NCBI GenBank assembly: GCA_963719495.1
Contig: CAVRCI010000005.1
Span: 1 to 64,000, forward strand
Reading direction: 5' to 3'
Source: an uncultured Verrucomicrobiae bacterium
GTDB taxonomy: Bacteria > Verrucomicrobiota > Verrucomicrobiia > Chthoniobacterales > JAATET01
DNA length: 64,000 bases
The notes under the pieces were generated by a model, which was not told where the DNA came from, made no database searches, and saw only the letters and a list, made by a program, of their open reading frames with translations. Positions within the stretch are counted from its first letter, which is position 1. Each line of letters opens with the position of its first letter. The translations under genes and the position numbers were made by a program. Below, in pieces: positions 9,765 to 19,317 of the stretch.

Positions 9765-10562
9765 TTATCGCGGCAAGGTGGCGCGCAGTGCCTCGAGGTG
9801 ATGCGGTTCGAGGACCTTTTCAAGGAACTCCCACTCTTCCTCGTCGCTCACGGGATGGATCACCGCTTCCAGCGGGCGAATCGCTTCGAATTCACTAGGA
9901 TCGGTCTTTTCAAGGATCTCCGCTATCGGAGCCGGTTGTCGCCCAACGGAGAGACTGTAGGTCGGATATTTGGCTCCGGGAGCCTTGTTCTTCGTCACAG
10001 CGATCAGAACACCCCGCTCAGGATGGACCGGCTCAGCCGTGAGAGCGCCAGTTTCATCGGTGCGTTTGGTCAGTCGAAGAATCTGGTCTCCGAGTCCCGA
10101 CACACCTCCGCGCGAACCATCGTAACCACTCGCCTGAACCAGCCGAGCAACATAACGACCTTTAGTCTCAACCAATGCCCAGAACACGCAGACCGGATCT
10201 GAGAGCAATCGGATACCATCTCGGTTGGCTTTGGAGAACAAGGCGCCTGGATCATTCTCTTTCAGCCAGGAATATGCACCGTCGAAGGCGGATCGTGCGT
10301 TCTGCTTGAGGGTCTTCGGATGGGCGAAGACCGCCCCCGGGACGCTCAAAGAGTGGACGCCGAGCATCCAGCCGTATGGCGAAGATGCAAAAGCCGGCAC
10401 GATCCGCAGCCACGTCTGACCGGGTTCGAATCGGAGTCTCCGGGAACGGAATTCCGCCCTCAAGATGAGATCACGGAAGCTGTCCGGCTTCGGGCGCCCC
10501 CAAGGGTTGTTATTGTTACTGTTGCCGTCGTCATTGGACGACCATTGGATGTCTTTCTTCAT
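9765..10562 (-). CDS. hypothetical protein, possible gp32-like ssDNA-binding protein
   Basis: LRIVP near the N-terminus and HPERGVLIAVTKNKAPGAKYPTYSL resemble gp32-like SSBs. Pattern-level only. Confidence 0.45.
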   Translation of the reverse strand: MKKDIQWSSNDDGNSNNNNPWGRPKPDSFRDLILRAEFRSRRLRFEPGQTWLRIVPAFASSPYGWMLGVHSLSVPGAVFAHPKTLKQNARSAFDGAYSWLKENDPGALFSKANRDGIRLLSDPVCVFWALVETKGRYVARLVQASGYDGSRGGVSGLGDQILRLTKRTDETGALTAEPVHPERGVLIAVTKNKAPGAKYPTYSLSVGRQPAPIAEILEKTDPSEFEAIRPLEAVIHPVSDEEEWEFLEKVLEPHHLEALRATLPR

Positions 10563-10824
10563 GTGTTGGTTGTTATTTTTGGGACGGCGTTACGCCGCCC
10601 CGGGTTGATTGCCTTCAGCTTCAACGTGGAGAGAAGACTGTCTTCTCCTCTGCTTCACTTTTGGCATTAGACCAGTCCTTGCACTCAGCGACGGGCCCTC
10701 GACAGAGGGCGCTGCTCGCGGGTCTCGCATAAATTCCTCCCGGCTCAGCTCGAGACTCTATTCTTGCGAAGACGACATATCAGCTCCGGCACGGCACTGA
10801 TTGGTTGGCATCCAAACGCCCCAC

Positions 10825-10852
10825 TTGCGAATCTTTGCCATTGGAATATGAT
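10825..10852 (+). promoter_or_regulatory. sigma70-like promoter
   Basis: TTGCGA-N16-TATGAT. Confidence 0.5.
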
Positions 10853-10924
10853 TCCGGAGAGAACAGCTGCGGGCACACAATCCGGGCTGCGACAACACCG
10901 GGTTTCGTTTTAGCTATTGCAGCC

Positions 10925-10952
10925 GCCGGGCAAATTAACTGCCCGGCTTTTT
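10925..10952 (+). terminator. intrinsic terminator-like hairpin upstream of the DUF5131 gene
   Basis: gccgggca-aattaac-tgcccggc-ttttt. Confidence 0.65.
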
Positions 10953-10990
10953 GTCCTGAAGAGTCTGAGTCGATTCAAAAGGACAAAAAG

Positions 10991-12106
10991 ATGATCGATA
11001 CAAAAATTCAGTGGTGCCACTCGACCGTTAACCCGATTATGGGCTGTGGAGGTTGCGAGCTGTTTCCATCTCCGGCGAAGATTCTGGCCGCTATCGACGA
11101 TGCCCTCTTTGGCATGGTGGATTGGTTGCCCGGAAAAAGTGGGGAGTTTTTTCGCGAATTGATCGCAGACACCTACGACATAATTGTTTCTCCACTCCCA
11201 GGTCATTCGAAGGCGATCTCGACAACGAACATCTGGCACCTGCGGCTCCAGTTTATAGATGCGGTGCGGACTCAGCACGGACGGGAGGCTGCCGAGATGG
11301 TCGACTTGGCCATCACCGGAGCCATCTGTTGTTACGCCGCCCGCCAGCACTTGAACAAAGGGCGATCTATCGTGAATCCGACCCGAGGCGCGAATCCGGG
11401 CTACGCGCCGACATTCGAGGTTGTCACGCGGTTCTCCGGAAGAGTTTGGGATATGGCGAAGAAGTCCGATCTTCGCGGCACTTCAGATCCTGAAAAACCG
11501 TGGCTGGATGGCTACCCTCGATTGATCTTCGTTTCGGACATGGGGGATGCCTTTTCGCGGGAGAGCGACTTTGAGTTTTTGGAAGCCGAAGTCATCGAAC
11601 CTATCCGCTCACCCCTGGGCCAACGGCACGTGTGGCTTTGGCTCACCAAACGCCCGGACCGGATGGCGAGGTTCGGAGAGCGCATCGGGGGATTTCCAGA
11701 GAATGTCTGCGCTATGACCACCTTGACCGGCCCGGATAAACTCACGCGGATCGATCAACTCCGCGAAGTGCCGGCCACTGTAAGAGGCTTGTCCGTAGAG
11801 CCGCTCTGGGATCGAATCCCTCTTGAGGAACTCGATCTCAAGGGAATCAAGTGGCTGATTCTCGGCGGAGAGAGCGGACGGATGGATGCCGTCCGAGCGT
11901 TCGACTTGGCTTGGGCCCGAGAGCTGATGGGATTTTGCAGAAAGAGGAACGTAGCGTTCTTCCTCAAGCAACTCGGACGTCGTCCTGTCGACGAAGGGAC
12001 CGATTTACGCCTTCAGGACAGCCACGGTGGCGACTGGCACGAGTGGCCGGAGGACCTCCGGGTGCGCGAAGTGCCGCCACCCTTCCTGAACGAAGACAGT
12101 CGCTGA
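10991..12106 (+). CDS. DUF5131 (phage Gp37Gp68-family) protein
   Basis: TKIQWCHSTVNPIMGC, CYA, IFVSDMGDAF, LTKRP, LSVEPL, WLILGGESG, FFLKQ. Confidence 0.9.
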   Translation: MIDTKIQWCHSTVNPIMGCGGCELFPSPAKILAAIDDALFGMVDWLPGKSGEFFRELIADTYDIIVSPLPGHSKAISTTNIWHLRLQFIDAVRTQHGREAAEMVDLAITGAICCYAARQHLNKGRSIVNPTRGANPGYAPTFEVVTRFSGRVWDMAKKSDLRGTSDPEKPWLDGYPRLIFVSDMGDAFSRESDFEFLEAEVIEPIRSPLGQRHVWLWLTKRPDRMARFGERIGGFPENVCAMTTLTGPDKLTRIDQLREVPATVRGLSVEPLWDRIPLEELDLKGIKWLILGGESGRMDAVRAFDLAWARELMGFCRKRNVAFFLKQLGRRPVDEGTDLRLQDSHGGDWHEWPEDLRVREVPPPFLNEDSR

Positions 12107-12114
12107 GACGAACT

Positions 12115-12672
12115 ATGAAACCGAAAAAAAAGGCATCGTCGACTCGTTCTTTCGCAACCCTTGAGAGGTCTCATGATCGCACTTTCATCCATGATTTGCC
12201 AAATGTGCTCGCGCATGAGTTTGGACATTACCTCGTTACGCTCGACTTCGGGGGCAAGGCGGGTATTTCGGTTTGGCGCGCCTATGGCAGCAACATCCAG
12301 AGTGAACTCACGGTCTTCGGGAACTGCTGGTTCGATTACGCCAATGCTTTCGAGCGGAGCTGCATCGGCTGGGCGGGTGAAATCGGGAAATCGATCTTCC
12401 ACGACGATGCTCCCAACCAGAAAGACCTGTGGGTGACCATGATGGATCAATTGAGCTGCTGCGAAGACGAATTCAGTGTCTCGGACCTCGCGGCGATCAG
12501 GGCCCACCCCGATCCGGAGGAGTCCCTCGACCGCTCGCTGAAGATCTTGATCGAACTCGCCGGCCCGCTGCGGAGCTTGGTGAGGAAGTTGGCCGCAGAG
12601 TCTCTCTTGGCCGGCGGCGATCATCTCATCTATCCCGATATGGACGAGGACGAATCATCTCGCGCAGCGTAG
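12115..12672 (+). CDS. HExxH zinc-metallopeptidase-like protein (M41/M50-like)
   Basis: AHEFGHY motif followed by a WAG segment and SDL. Confidence 0.55.
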   Translation: MKPKKKASSTRSFATLERSHDRTFIHDLPNVLAHEFGHYLVTLDFGGKAGISVWRAYGSNIQSELTVFGNCWFDYANAFERSCIGWAGEIGKSIFHDDAPNQKDLWVTMMDQLSCCEDEFSVSDLAAIRAHPDPEESLDRSLKILIELAGPLRSLVRKLAAESLLAGGDHLIYPDMDEDESSRAA

Positions 12673-13465
12673 CCCTCTCTGGCCCCGTGAGCGGGCACGG
12701 CGGCGGCGAACTGTGCCGACGTCGTGGCGTGGCGAGCCTCGATCACGAGCAGAAGCTCGCTGGTTTCGGCACCAAGAATGACAGTCACGTAACGATCCAC
12801 GCCGAGCACTCGTCCCGTCGACCGGAATGCGATGGAACCCCCACTAGTCCCGGCCGGTATGGGCCGTGCTCACGTGATGATCGATCAGCCGCCAAAGCGG
12901 CTTCTCACCCAGATGCCGGGCTGCAACCGAGACATTTGTCTGCTGAGGCAACAGCCCATAATCATCGCGTCCATCCTCGAAGTAAACCCGCCGCCGCTTC
13001 GTGCCCACGGCATACAAACTCGAAGCAGTCCATGCTCAGTGCAAGTCACTCGCAGCACCCGCGCCGCAAGTTCGGCGCGTTGATGCCTGAATTCCGGATG
13101 CCTCCATCTTGTCTCCACGGTGTCATGCACTGGCAAAAATTTGTTGACGACCGGGGGATACGAACCCACAAACTCAGAATGAGTTCTGCGGAGTCTGCAA
13201 CTATCGACCGTTTCGGCATTTCATGCGACCGCATCCTGTTGGGCCAAGAGGTGAGAATGGCGCTTCTTCGCGTATCGGCAGAGGAGCTTTGGTATCGCGT
13301 TTCAGCACGACGGTGGCGGACATCTATGATGCACAGTCGGGGCCTTGCACATGTATTGGTGGTGGCGTTGGCAAGATCTCTTTTGGGGGCGGTGCTGCAA
13401 GAACGGTTTGGGAAACGTGGTTTCATTGATCAGCGTAAGAGTTCGCGATTCGGAGGAGGCGCGCC

Positions 13466-16027
13466 ATGATCAACCTCGAAAGGCGGAAGGGCACGAATGG
13501 ATTGGCCAACTACCACGGCGGCGATTTTTCGTCAGCGGCTTGGGATGCGCTCGATTTTCGAGCCATTGGAGAACCGCGGATTTGCCGAGCAGTGGTTGGG
13601 AGCGGGAGTCGCCCGGATGTGGTGTGGCATCCGCTGACGAAGCAAATTTTTGACAGGACGCTGACCCAGATTTCGCAGCGCAGCAAGCCGGGCATGGTGG
13701 TGTCATTTGATCTGATCTGCTCTCCACCGAAAACTTTTTCAATTGCCGCTCTGGCGGGTCCCGAGGTCAACGTTGAGCTAATCAGCTATCAGGATCAGGC
13801 CGTCCGCTGGGTCACTCGCGAAATTATCAACAATACAGCCCTTCGGATCGACGGAGGATCTAGTCGCGTGTGTCCTAGCGTTTGGAAATTCTCCCATCCA
13901 TTCAATTGGATCCTTGAACCGCAGCTACACGACCATCTTTGTGTGCTGGCGAGAGTTGGGATCGGGGATCGAATGCGCAGCTTGGACGGAAGGCCCTTGT
14001 ATTCGCTTAAATCCGCCTTCGAGGCGATTTATCACTACGGTTTGGTGAGCCAACTGAGAACAGGCGGTTACGGCGTCGAATTTAAGGGGCCGGGTATCAA
14101 ATCCTGGGAAATTTCCGGTATAGATCCCGGCTTGATCGATGTCTTCTCCAAACGTTCTCGAAAGGCTTTCCATGAAACCGAGGGATTGACGGAGCGGGAA
14201 CGGGCCGCCAAGAAGCGATCCACCATGGCGTCCGAGAGGAAAAAGCATCCCAAACTACCAGCGACTTCGCTCGTAGAGACAAGAGCAGGCTGGGCTGAGC
14301 AGATTGGGAGTCGGTGTATAGTGCCTCGCCGGTTGGTAGCAGCAGTTCCGACAGTTCTCGATCCGCGCCGCGTCGGGCAGATTTTCGGGGACGATCCGGT
14401 CCTTACCAGAACGGAGGTTCTTGCGGAGGTCCTCCGAGGCGCTTTTCGGACAGGTTCCCCGTTCTCACAAGTAGACGCCGCTTTGGATCGAGCGCTTGAG
14501 ACGGCCGTGAACCTTGGGGGTCTTGCGACATCGGGCGGCCAGGTTTTTTGCCACCTTGGCCAATTGGATCGCCAGCGACTCGTTTGGGATTTAGTTCGTA
14601 TCGGACGAGACACCGTCTCACCCTCCGTGCTGAAAACCACCGGGAAAGCGGCCGGTTGGATTGATCTCGGGCGGTTGGAATCGGCCGTCGCCAGTCAGGA
14701 TAGGATACGGATCGTGCCGGTGAACTCGTTTGTAGACCCGCGGTCGGACCAAAGAAACGACACTCTGCTGACTCAGGCGGATTTCGAGGTCTCGGCGGAC
14801 GCCAAACTGGTCTGGGAGAAGCGGCGGAGCGTCGAAAGGTTGTTGGCCCACATCGCGACACTGGAAAGGGACAAAAAGCTGGTCGTCATCGTGCCGAAGG
14901 CTCACACCAGCAGGCGATTCATCGGACAGCTGCTGCGATTGGGCCCATCGCCTTCGAAGGAGGATTTCGCGACGCAACGGACCTTCAAAATGGGAAACGT
15001 GACGATCTCGGTGCAGCAGGGCCGGGTCGCGTTGGGATCGCAATCTTTACTCCACACCTTCCGGAAAGATGCGCGGGAACACCCATTGGTATTGAGACCT
15101 TCCGGAATGTCTTCGAAGGCGTGTGCTGAACTGACAAGCGAGTTATTGTCGCATCCACCTCGACGACGGGGCCAGAAATTGATCTCGCTGGTGATAGACG
15201 ATGTCGTTCCTTGGCCGAAAACGGTCAACGATTGGACGAAAATCGATCTCCCGGTCTGGTTATGTGCCCTCCACAATGTCAGTGGTGTCGCCAGACACGG
15301 AGATCGCTGGGCAATCAAGAGCGTTTCGAATGAAGCGATCGTCTTGGAGCGAGGCCGCAAGGAGAAGAAGATCAGTTTGGCCCACCTGCTCATGCAGCCA
15401 ACGGGCGCGGTTCTCGTGCGCGAATTTGCCTTTCAGGTTCCTGCGGGCTTAACCTGCGAGGCTGCTGTCGACTTTCGTCGGAAGGAGGGAAAATTGCGGA
15501 AAGGCAATTTGGTCTTCCCCGTCCATGTCGCCGAAGATGGGTCGGTTCTGACCTCGGACGGGGGTTGTTTCCTGCCGGGATTCAGGTTGTTTTTTCCGAT
15601 TCTGACAAAGGATTTTCGGGCGGGGAGCGGCCGAACCCTGATCGTCGAGGCGACATCCGGCGACAAGTTGCTGCAAACGCTGCTGGCCACAGCCTCCAGC
15701 GGGAAACTAGTGATATTGTCTCCAGAGCCCGATGCGGTCAGGCACGACGTTGCCTGTTTCGTCGCTGCGCGTCTCGCAACGAAGAGGAAGGAACACGAGG
15801 ACACCGGGCCTGGCACACCCCTTCCGCAAATGAAGTTTCTGCCTCCAGTCTCGTTCTGGCTCGGGTTTTTGGAGCGATGGAGACGACGGAAGCCGAAGGT
15901 GGTCGCCAAAGAGAAGGCGGGCGCTTCCGTCCTGACCCCTCAAGTGATCGATTCGATCAAGGGGAAAAGGGCGTTCAAGCAAAAATCCGCGAAGATGGGC
16001 GCTGACCCGGAGATTACTCGGTCTTAG
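13466..16027 (+). CDS. MobF/TrwC-family relaxase with divergent C-terminal region
   Basis: FDLICSPPKTFSI, H..N..LEPQLHDH (HUH motif), WEISGI..IDVFSKRS. RBS GGAGG upstream. Confidence 0.8.
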   Translation: MINLERRKGTNGLANYHGGDFSSAAWDALDFRAIGEPRICRAVVGSGSRPDVVWHPLTKQIFDRTLTQISQRSKPGMVVSFDLICSPPKTFSIAALAGPEVNVELISYQDQAVRWVTREIINNTALRIDGGSSRVCPSVWKFSHPFNWILEPQLHDHLCVLARVGIGDRMRSLDGRPLYSLKSAFEAIYHYGLVSQLRTGGYGVEFKGPGIKSWEISGIDPGLIDVFSKRSRKAFHETEGLTERERAAKKRSTMASERKKHPKLPATSLVETRAGWAEQIGSRCIVPRRLVAAVPTVLDPRRVGQIFGDDPVLTRTEVLAEVLRGAFRTGSPFSQVDAALDRALETAVNLGGLATSGGQVFCHLGQLDRQRLVWDLVRIGRDTVSPSVLKTTGKAAGWIDLGRLESAVASQDRIRIVPVNSFVDPRSDQRNDTLLTQADFEVSADAKLVWEKRRSVERLLAHIATLERDKKLVVIVPKAHTSRRFIGQLLRLGPSPSKEDFATQRTFKMGNVTISVQQGRVALGSQSLLHTFRKDAREHPLVLRPSGMSSKACAELTSELLSHPPRRRGQKLISLVIDDVVPWPKTVNDWTKIDLPVWLCALHNVSGVARHGDRWAIKSVSNEAIVLERGRKEKKISLAHLLMQPTGAVLVREFAFQVPAGLTCEAAVDFRRKEGKLRKGNLVFPVHVAEDGSVLTSDGGCFLPGFRLFFPILTKDFRAGSGRTLIVEATSGDKLLQTLLATASSGKLVILSPEPDAVRHDVACFVAARLATKRKEHEDTGPGTPLPQMKFLPPVSFWLGFLERWRRRKPKVVAKEKAGASVLTPQVIDSIKGKRAFKQKSAKMGADPEITRS

Positions 16028-16123
16028 TGCGCCAGAGCCCAACTTCCGAGACTCCATCTCACCGAGGTCGGAGCCAATCGTCGACGGCTGCAAATGAGCG
16101 AGTTTCTGTCCGGTTCAGACCAT

Positions 16124-17062
16124 TCACATCGTGTCTTCCGGCGGGAACCGTTCAAGCGATTGGACGAATTCGGCCAAATTTATACCGATTTGCTTCAAGA
16201 ACACTGGAACGCTGACCTTGAGGAATAAATCCCAATCGTCAGGGTTTGACTCGGCAAGTTTTGCCACAATCTCCTTAACCTGGTTAAGGTCTTCAGCATT
16301 CAGGAGGCAGAGATTTGAAATGTCGACGGCTGTTGTGCGGCTCGGACTGAGACCGTGGGAAAAATTTTTGAAGCTAGCGGCCCGATCTGGGTTCTGAAAA
16401 CGGTCAAAGTCTTCGATGGAAGCGTTGGGCTCGGGTTGCTCCAATTCATCCATACCACAGGGATCATCATTCTGCTTAGCTGGGCGAGGGAGTTGAAGTC
16501 CATGTAACACCCGATAGCTTTCGAGGGCTTTCGCGAGAACGGCAGGTCCGGGGTCAACGCCTGGAGAGTCCTTGAGAACGCAGTGCCAGAAATTCACCCA
16601 ATGTTTCTCGGGCAGCTTTCGGATGGTTTTGACCGTATTGATCTCCCCGGGAAGGGCCAGCCCTGGGCATTCCTCGCAAATGCGGACCACGACTTCCCCG
16701 CGGTGGAGCCAATGATACAGCGTTCCTTTCGCTATTCCCAAGCGTTTCCCAAACGCTTCGAAAGTTCCCGCAACCTTGTAGATTCGGGCCCGGTGAACCG
16801 CATAGACCATGAGGCAATCAACGGCTCCATCGAGGGATCGCCCTGTAAAATAGCGTTCGAGGTTCGACATAAGACTCGGCAACTCATCAAGCCGGGATAG
16901 ATCTGCTTCACCGCAGGTCTTCACCTTTGCAGCCAACTCGGTGAGGCGCTTTTGTCCCCACTCTTGGCGCTCAGCAGGAGACTCGGGAAGCGATCGAAGC
17001 AGCGAAAGAAGCTCGCCTGGCCCGTCACTGTCGTGGGCAGATATGTCATCTGATATGTTCAT
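16124..17062 (-). CDS. hypothetical protein with HTH-like segment typical of mobile elements
   Basis: RIYKVAGTFEAFGKRLGIAKGTLYHW. Confidence 0.55.
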   Translation of the reverse strand: MNISDDISAHDSDGPGELLSLLRSLPESPAERQEWGQKRLTELAAKVKTCGEADLSRLDELPSLMSNLERYFTGRSLDGAVDCLMVYAVHRARIYKVAGTFEAFGKRLGIAKGTLYHWLHRGEVVVRICEECPGLALPGEINTVKTIRKLPEKHWVNFWHCVLKDSPGVDPGPAVLAKALESYRVLHGLQLPRPAKQNDDPCGMDELEQPEPNASIEDFDRFQNPDRAASFKNFSHGLSPSRTTAVDISNLCLLNAEDLNQVKEIVAKLAESNPDDWDLFLKVSVPVFLKQIGINLAEFVQSLERFPPEDTM

Positions 17063-17131
17063 AAAAATTTGCTGTAAAATTGAGATCGGTTCGATATGCC
17101 GAATCTGGCGAGGCCCATACAAATTCGAGAA

Positions 17132-17410
17132 TTACTCAGAGCGAAGTTTTTTGACGCGGGACGGGATTGGCGGGGGCTTGATCCCGAGCTTGTAGAGCTC
17201 ATAGGCACGGTCAATGCTCTGAGTGTCGATCATCGTTTCACAACCTCGTCCGCCTTCGCGGACGATTAGGATCCACTGTTCTTCGCCTGGTTTTGCCCTT
17301 CGCGAAGCGTATAGCCAGTCTTGAACAAGGCTGGGGATCCCTACGTAGCGGTAGGCAGTTCGTTTCGAAATGGCTCGAGGTTTTAGCGCGTCGGGCAGAT
17401 TTGAATCCAC
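17132..17410 (-). CDS. putative excisionase / small DNA-binding protein
   Basis: Small basic ORF directly downstream of the integrase. Assignment is positional. Confidence 0.45.
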   Translation of the reverse strand: MDSNLPDALKPRAISKRTAYRYVGIPSLVQDWLYASRRAKPGEEQWILIVREGGRGCETMIDTQSIDRAYELYKLGIKPPPIPSRVKKLRSE

Positions 17411-17709
17411 GGCGGGTGTGCAACCGCCATGGCCAATCTGCGAGGCGCGACCTCGTCAGTCCCATGAAACGCAGGAAGCCCTTTGTCTTCCTGGGGGGAT
17501 TCCAACCCCTCGGCTCCCGCACCAGCGAACCGGGCTATTGGGAGAACCGATCTAACAATGAGGAACGGTTGACAGCACCCGCTGCCACTTCCCGGGAGAT
17601 CGTGCTTCTCCCGTGTCGATACCGTCCCTAGCTTTCGCTCGTAATTCACTTTTCAATGGTAGGACGGGCAACCTGAAAAATCAAATCGGTTGACGATCCG
17701 TCGATCAAT

Positions 17710-18975
17710 TCAGACGTTTTTCTCCGATGATGAGAGCCTGCCATTACCAATCGGCGGGCGCAGTGACCAGAATGCCGCCGCCGCTTTTTTGGTGGTCAAC
17801 TTGACGTAGTGCGCGAAGAGCACCTGCTCTGTTTTCTGTCCAAGCATCTTCCGGGTTTCGTCTGCATCTCCACCAGCAACATAATGGTAGCTAGCGAATG
17901 TGTGCCGAAGTGCATTTCGCTTCTTCGGCACACCAGCGATGGCGTGAAAATCGTCAAGTCGGTGACGCCAGTTCGTCGGATTGACGAGAATTCCTTTGCG
18001 CTTTCTGAAATCAGGGAGCTTCCGGATCCACGCCTTGAATGTTTCGGAAAGAGCGATATGCCGTGGATCACCTCGCTTGGCAACGACATGCTCATCAAGT
18101 GTGATAGACTTTTCATTCCACCGGAAGCACTCCCAAGTCATGCGCCCCATTTCGTCGACCCGGATTCCTGAGAAGAAGCACACAGAAAACCAGATAAGCA
18201 TGTCCTTGTCCGTATGGTTTATTGCGGCACCGAGAAGCTTGCGAGCTTCTTCAACGCTGTAAATGACGACATTCTTTTTGGCCTTCAGATTCTTTCGCAA
18301 GGGCTTGACCCAGTCGAACATTGCGTTTTCGAGCGGATTGCTCGCAATGAAATCTTGGCGCATGCAAAACCTGAAAAACATCTTGAGGTCACGCACGTAG
18401 TTTAAGGTGTTGAGATCACCCCAGCGCCGGAGTTCGCGTTGTTTGGTAAACCATTCGTCCAAGACCGCCGGGGTGTAGCCGGAGATTGGTAGGTCCCCTG
18501 TGGTAGATTGAAGCAAGGTGATGCTGATTTTCTGCGCTGTAATGTATCCTGGTTTGCTCTTCGCCTTTTCATGGTGGTCTTCATACAGGGCAAGAACGTC
18601 GTCGAGTTTCGTTGGCTGCCGACCTCCGGGTCCGGCCTTAAAATAAAATTCGACGGCTGCTGCCAGCGGGACGTCGCCGAGCCGCCGGAAAGCCATCTTG
18701 GCCTGCGCAAGCTGTTCAGGGGATAGCTGCATTTCCCGCAATGCAGCGCGGTCGCGGGTCTGCTCTTCGATCCACTCGCGGCCTTGACCGAGAATGGAGA
18801 AATCTCTGGTCCTCGCATTCCCCTTCGTAAACTTTTTCCCCAATCGAACCCGAAAGGATCCGTTTCCAAGGCGGTGGACCGAGACCCCGGATGGGAGGTC
18901 GGCAACGACAGACCGCTTTTTTTTCACCTGATTCTTCCTTCCCGTTTCGATTGGTGTCGAAGGGGCGGATTCCAT
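17710..18975 (-). CDS. tyrosine recombinase/integrase
   Basis: SGIRVDE (R), AKRGDPR (K), NALRHTFASY, MLGQ..LFAHY (Y). Adjacent to the tRNA 3' end. Confidence 0.93.
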   Translation of the reverse strand: MESAPSTPIETGRKNQVKKKRSVVADLPSGVSVHRLGNGSFRVRLGKKFTKGNARTRDFSILGQGREWIEEQTRDRAALREMQLSPEQLAQAKMAFRRLGDVPLAAAVEFYFKAGPGGRQPTKLDDVLALYEDHHEKAKSKPGYITAQKISITLLQSTTGDLPISGYTPAVLDEWFTKQRELRRWGDLNTLNYVRDLKMFFRFCMRQDFIASNPLENAMFDWVKPLRKNLKAKKNVVIYSVEEARKLLGAAINHTDKDMLIWFSVCFFSGIRVDEMGRMTWECFRWNEKSITLDEHVVAKRGDPRHIALSETFKAWIRKLPDFRKRKGILVNPTNWRHRLDDFHAIAGVPKKRNALRHTFASYHYVAGGDADETRKMLGQKTEQVLFAHYVKLTTKKAAAAFWSLRPPIGNGRLSSSEKNV

Positions 18976-19124
18976 GAAAACAGGCTACCCGGAGTGTCTA
19001 CAAAAATCTACACATTTTGACCGCAACAGTAGTGCACGGCTCTGCACCAAAAAATTGGAGCGTGGTGAGCGGGAAGTTTTTGATTCACCGCAAGTGGCTC
19101 AACCTGTGACTGATGCTGATAAAA

Positions 19125-19216
19125 TGGCGGATGGGGTGGGATTCGAACCCACGGTGACATCGCTGCCACGCTCGATTTCGAGTCGAGTGCCTTCGACCGG
19201 GCTCAGCCACCCATCC
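19125..19216 (-). tRNA. tRNA-Ser(CGA)
   Basis: Minus strand GGATGGG...CTCGA-CT-CGA-AA-TCGAG, long variable arm, GGTTCGAATCC, CCCATCC-G-CCA. Confidence 0.97.
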
Positions 19217-19317
19217 GTTTGAAAATCAAAGGATAAAAGACCCGGTCGGGAATTGCAACTTCCGCGTGGAGCGATTCCACCGTTTTCAGCAACGCGTGCG
19301 GGTGTTACCTTCCTCCG

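Larger units (their letters stand above)
1..19124. mobile_element. tRNA-Ser-anchored integrative (mobilisable) element; other end outside the window
   Basis: Integrase next to the tRNA 3' end, a relaxase, phage/plasmid-type hypotheticals, and visibly lower GC than the downstream backbone. Confidence 0.85.

Noticed and set aside
12429..13469. 346-aa ORF upstream of the relaxase
   Set aside because: Overlaps a better gene and has no motifs; treated as non-coding, though a small gene cannot be excluded.
8747..19124. prophage call
   Set aside because: No terminase, capsid, tail or lysis genes; the relaxase favours an integrative mobilisable element.
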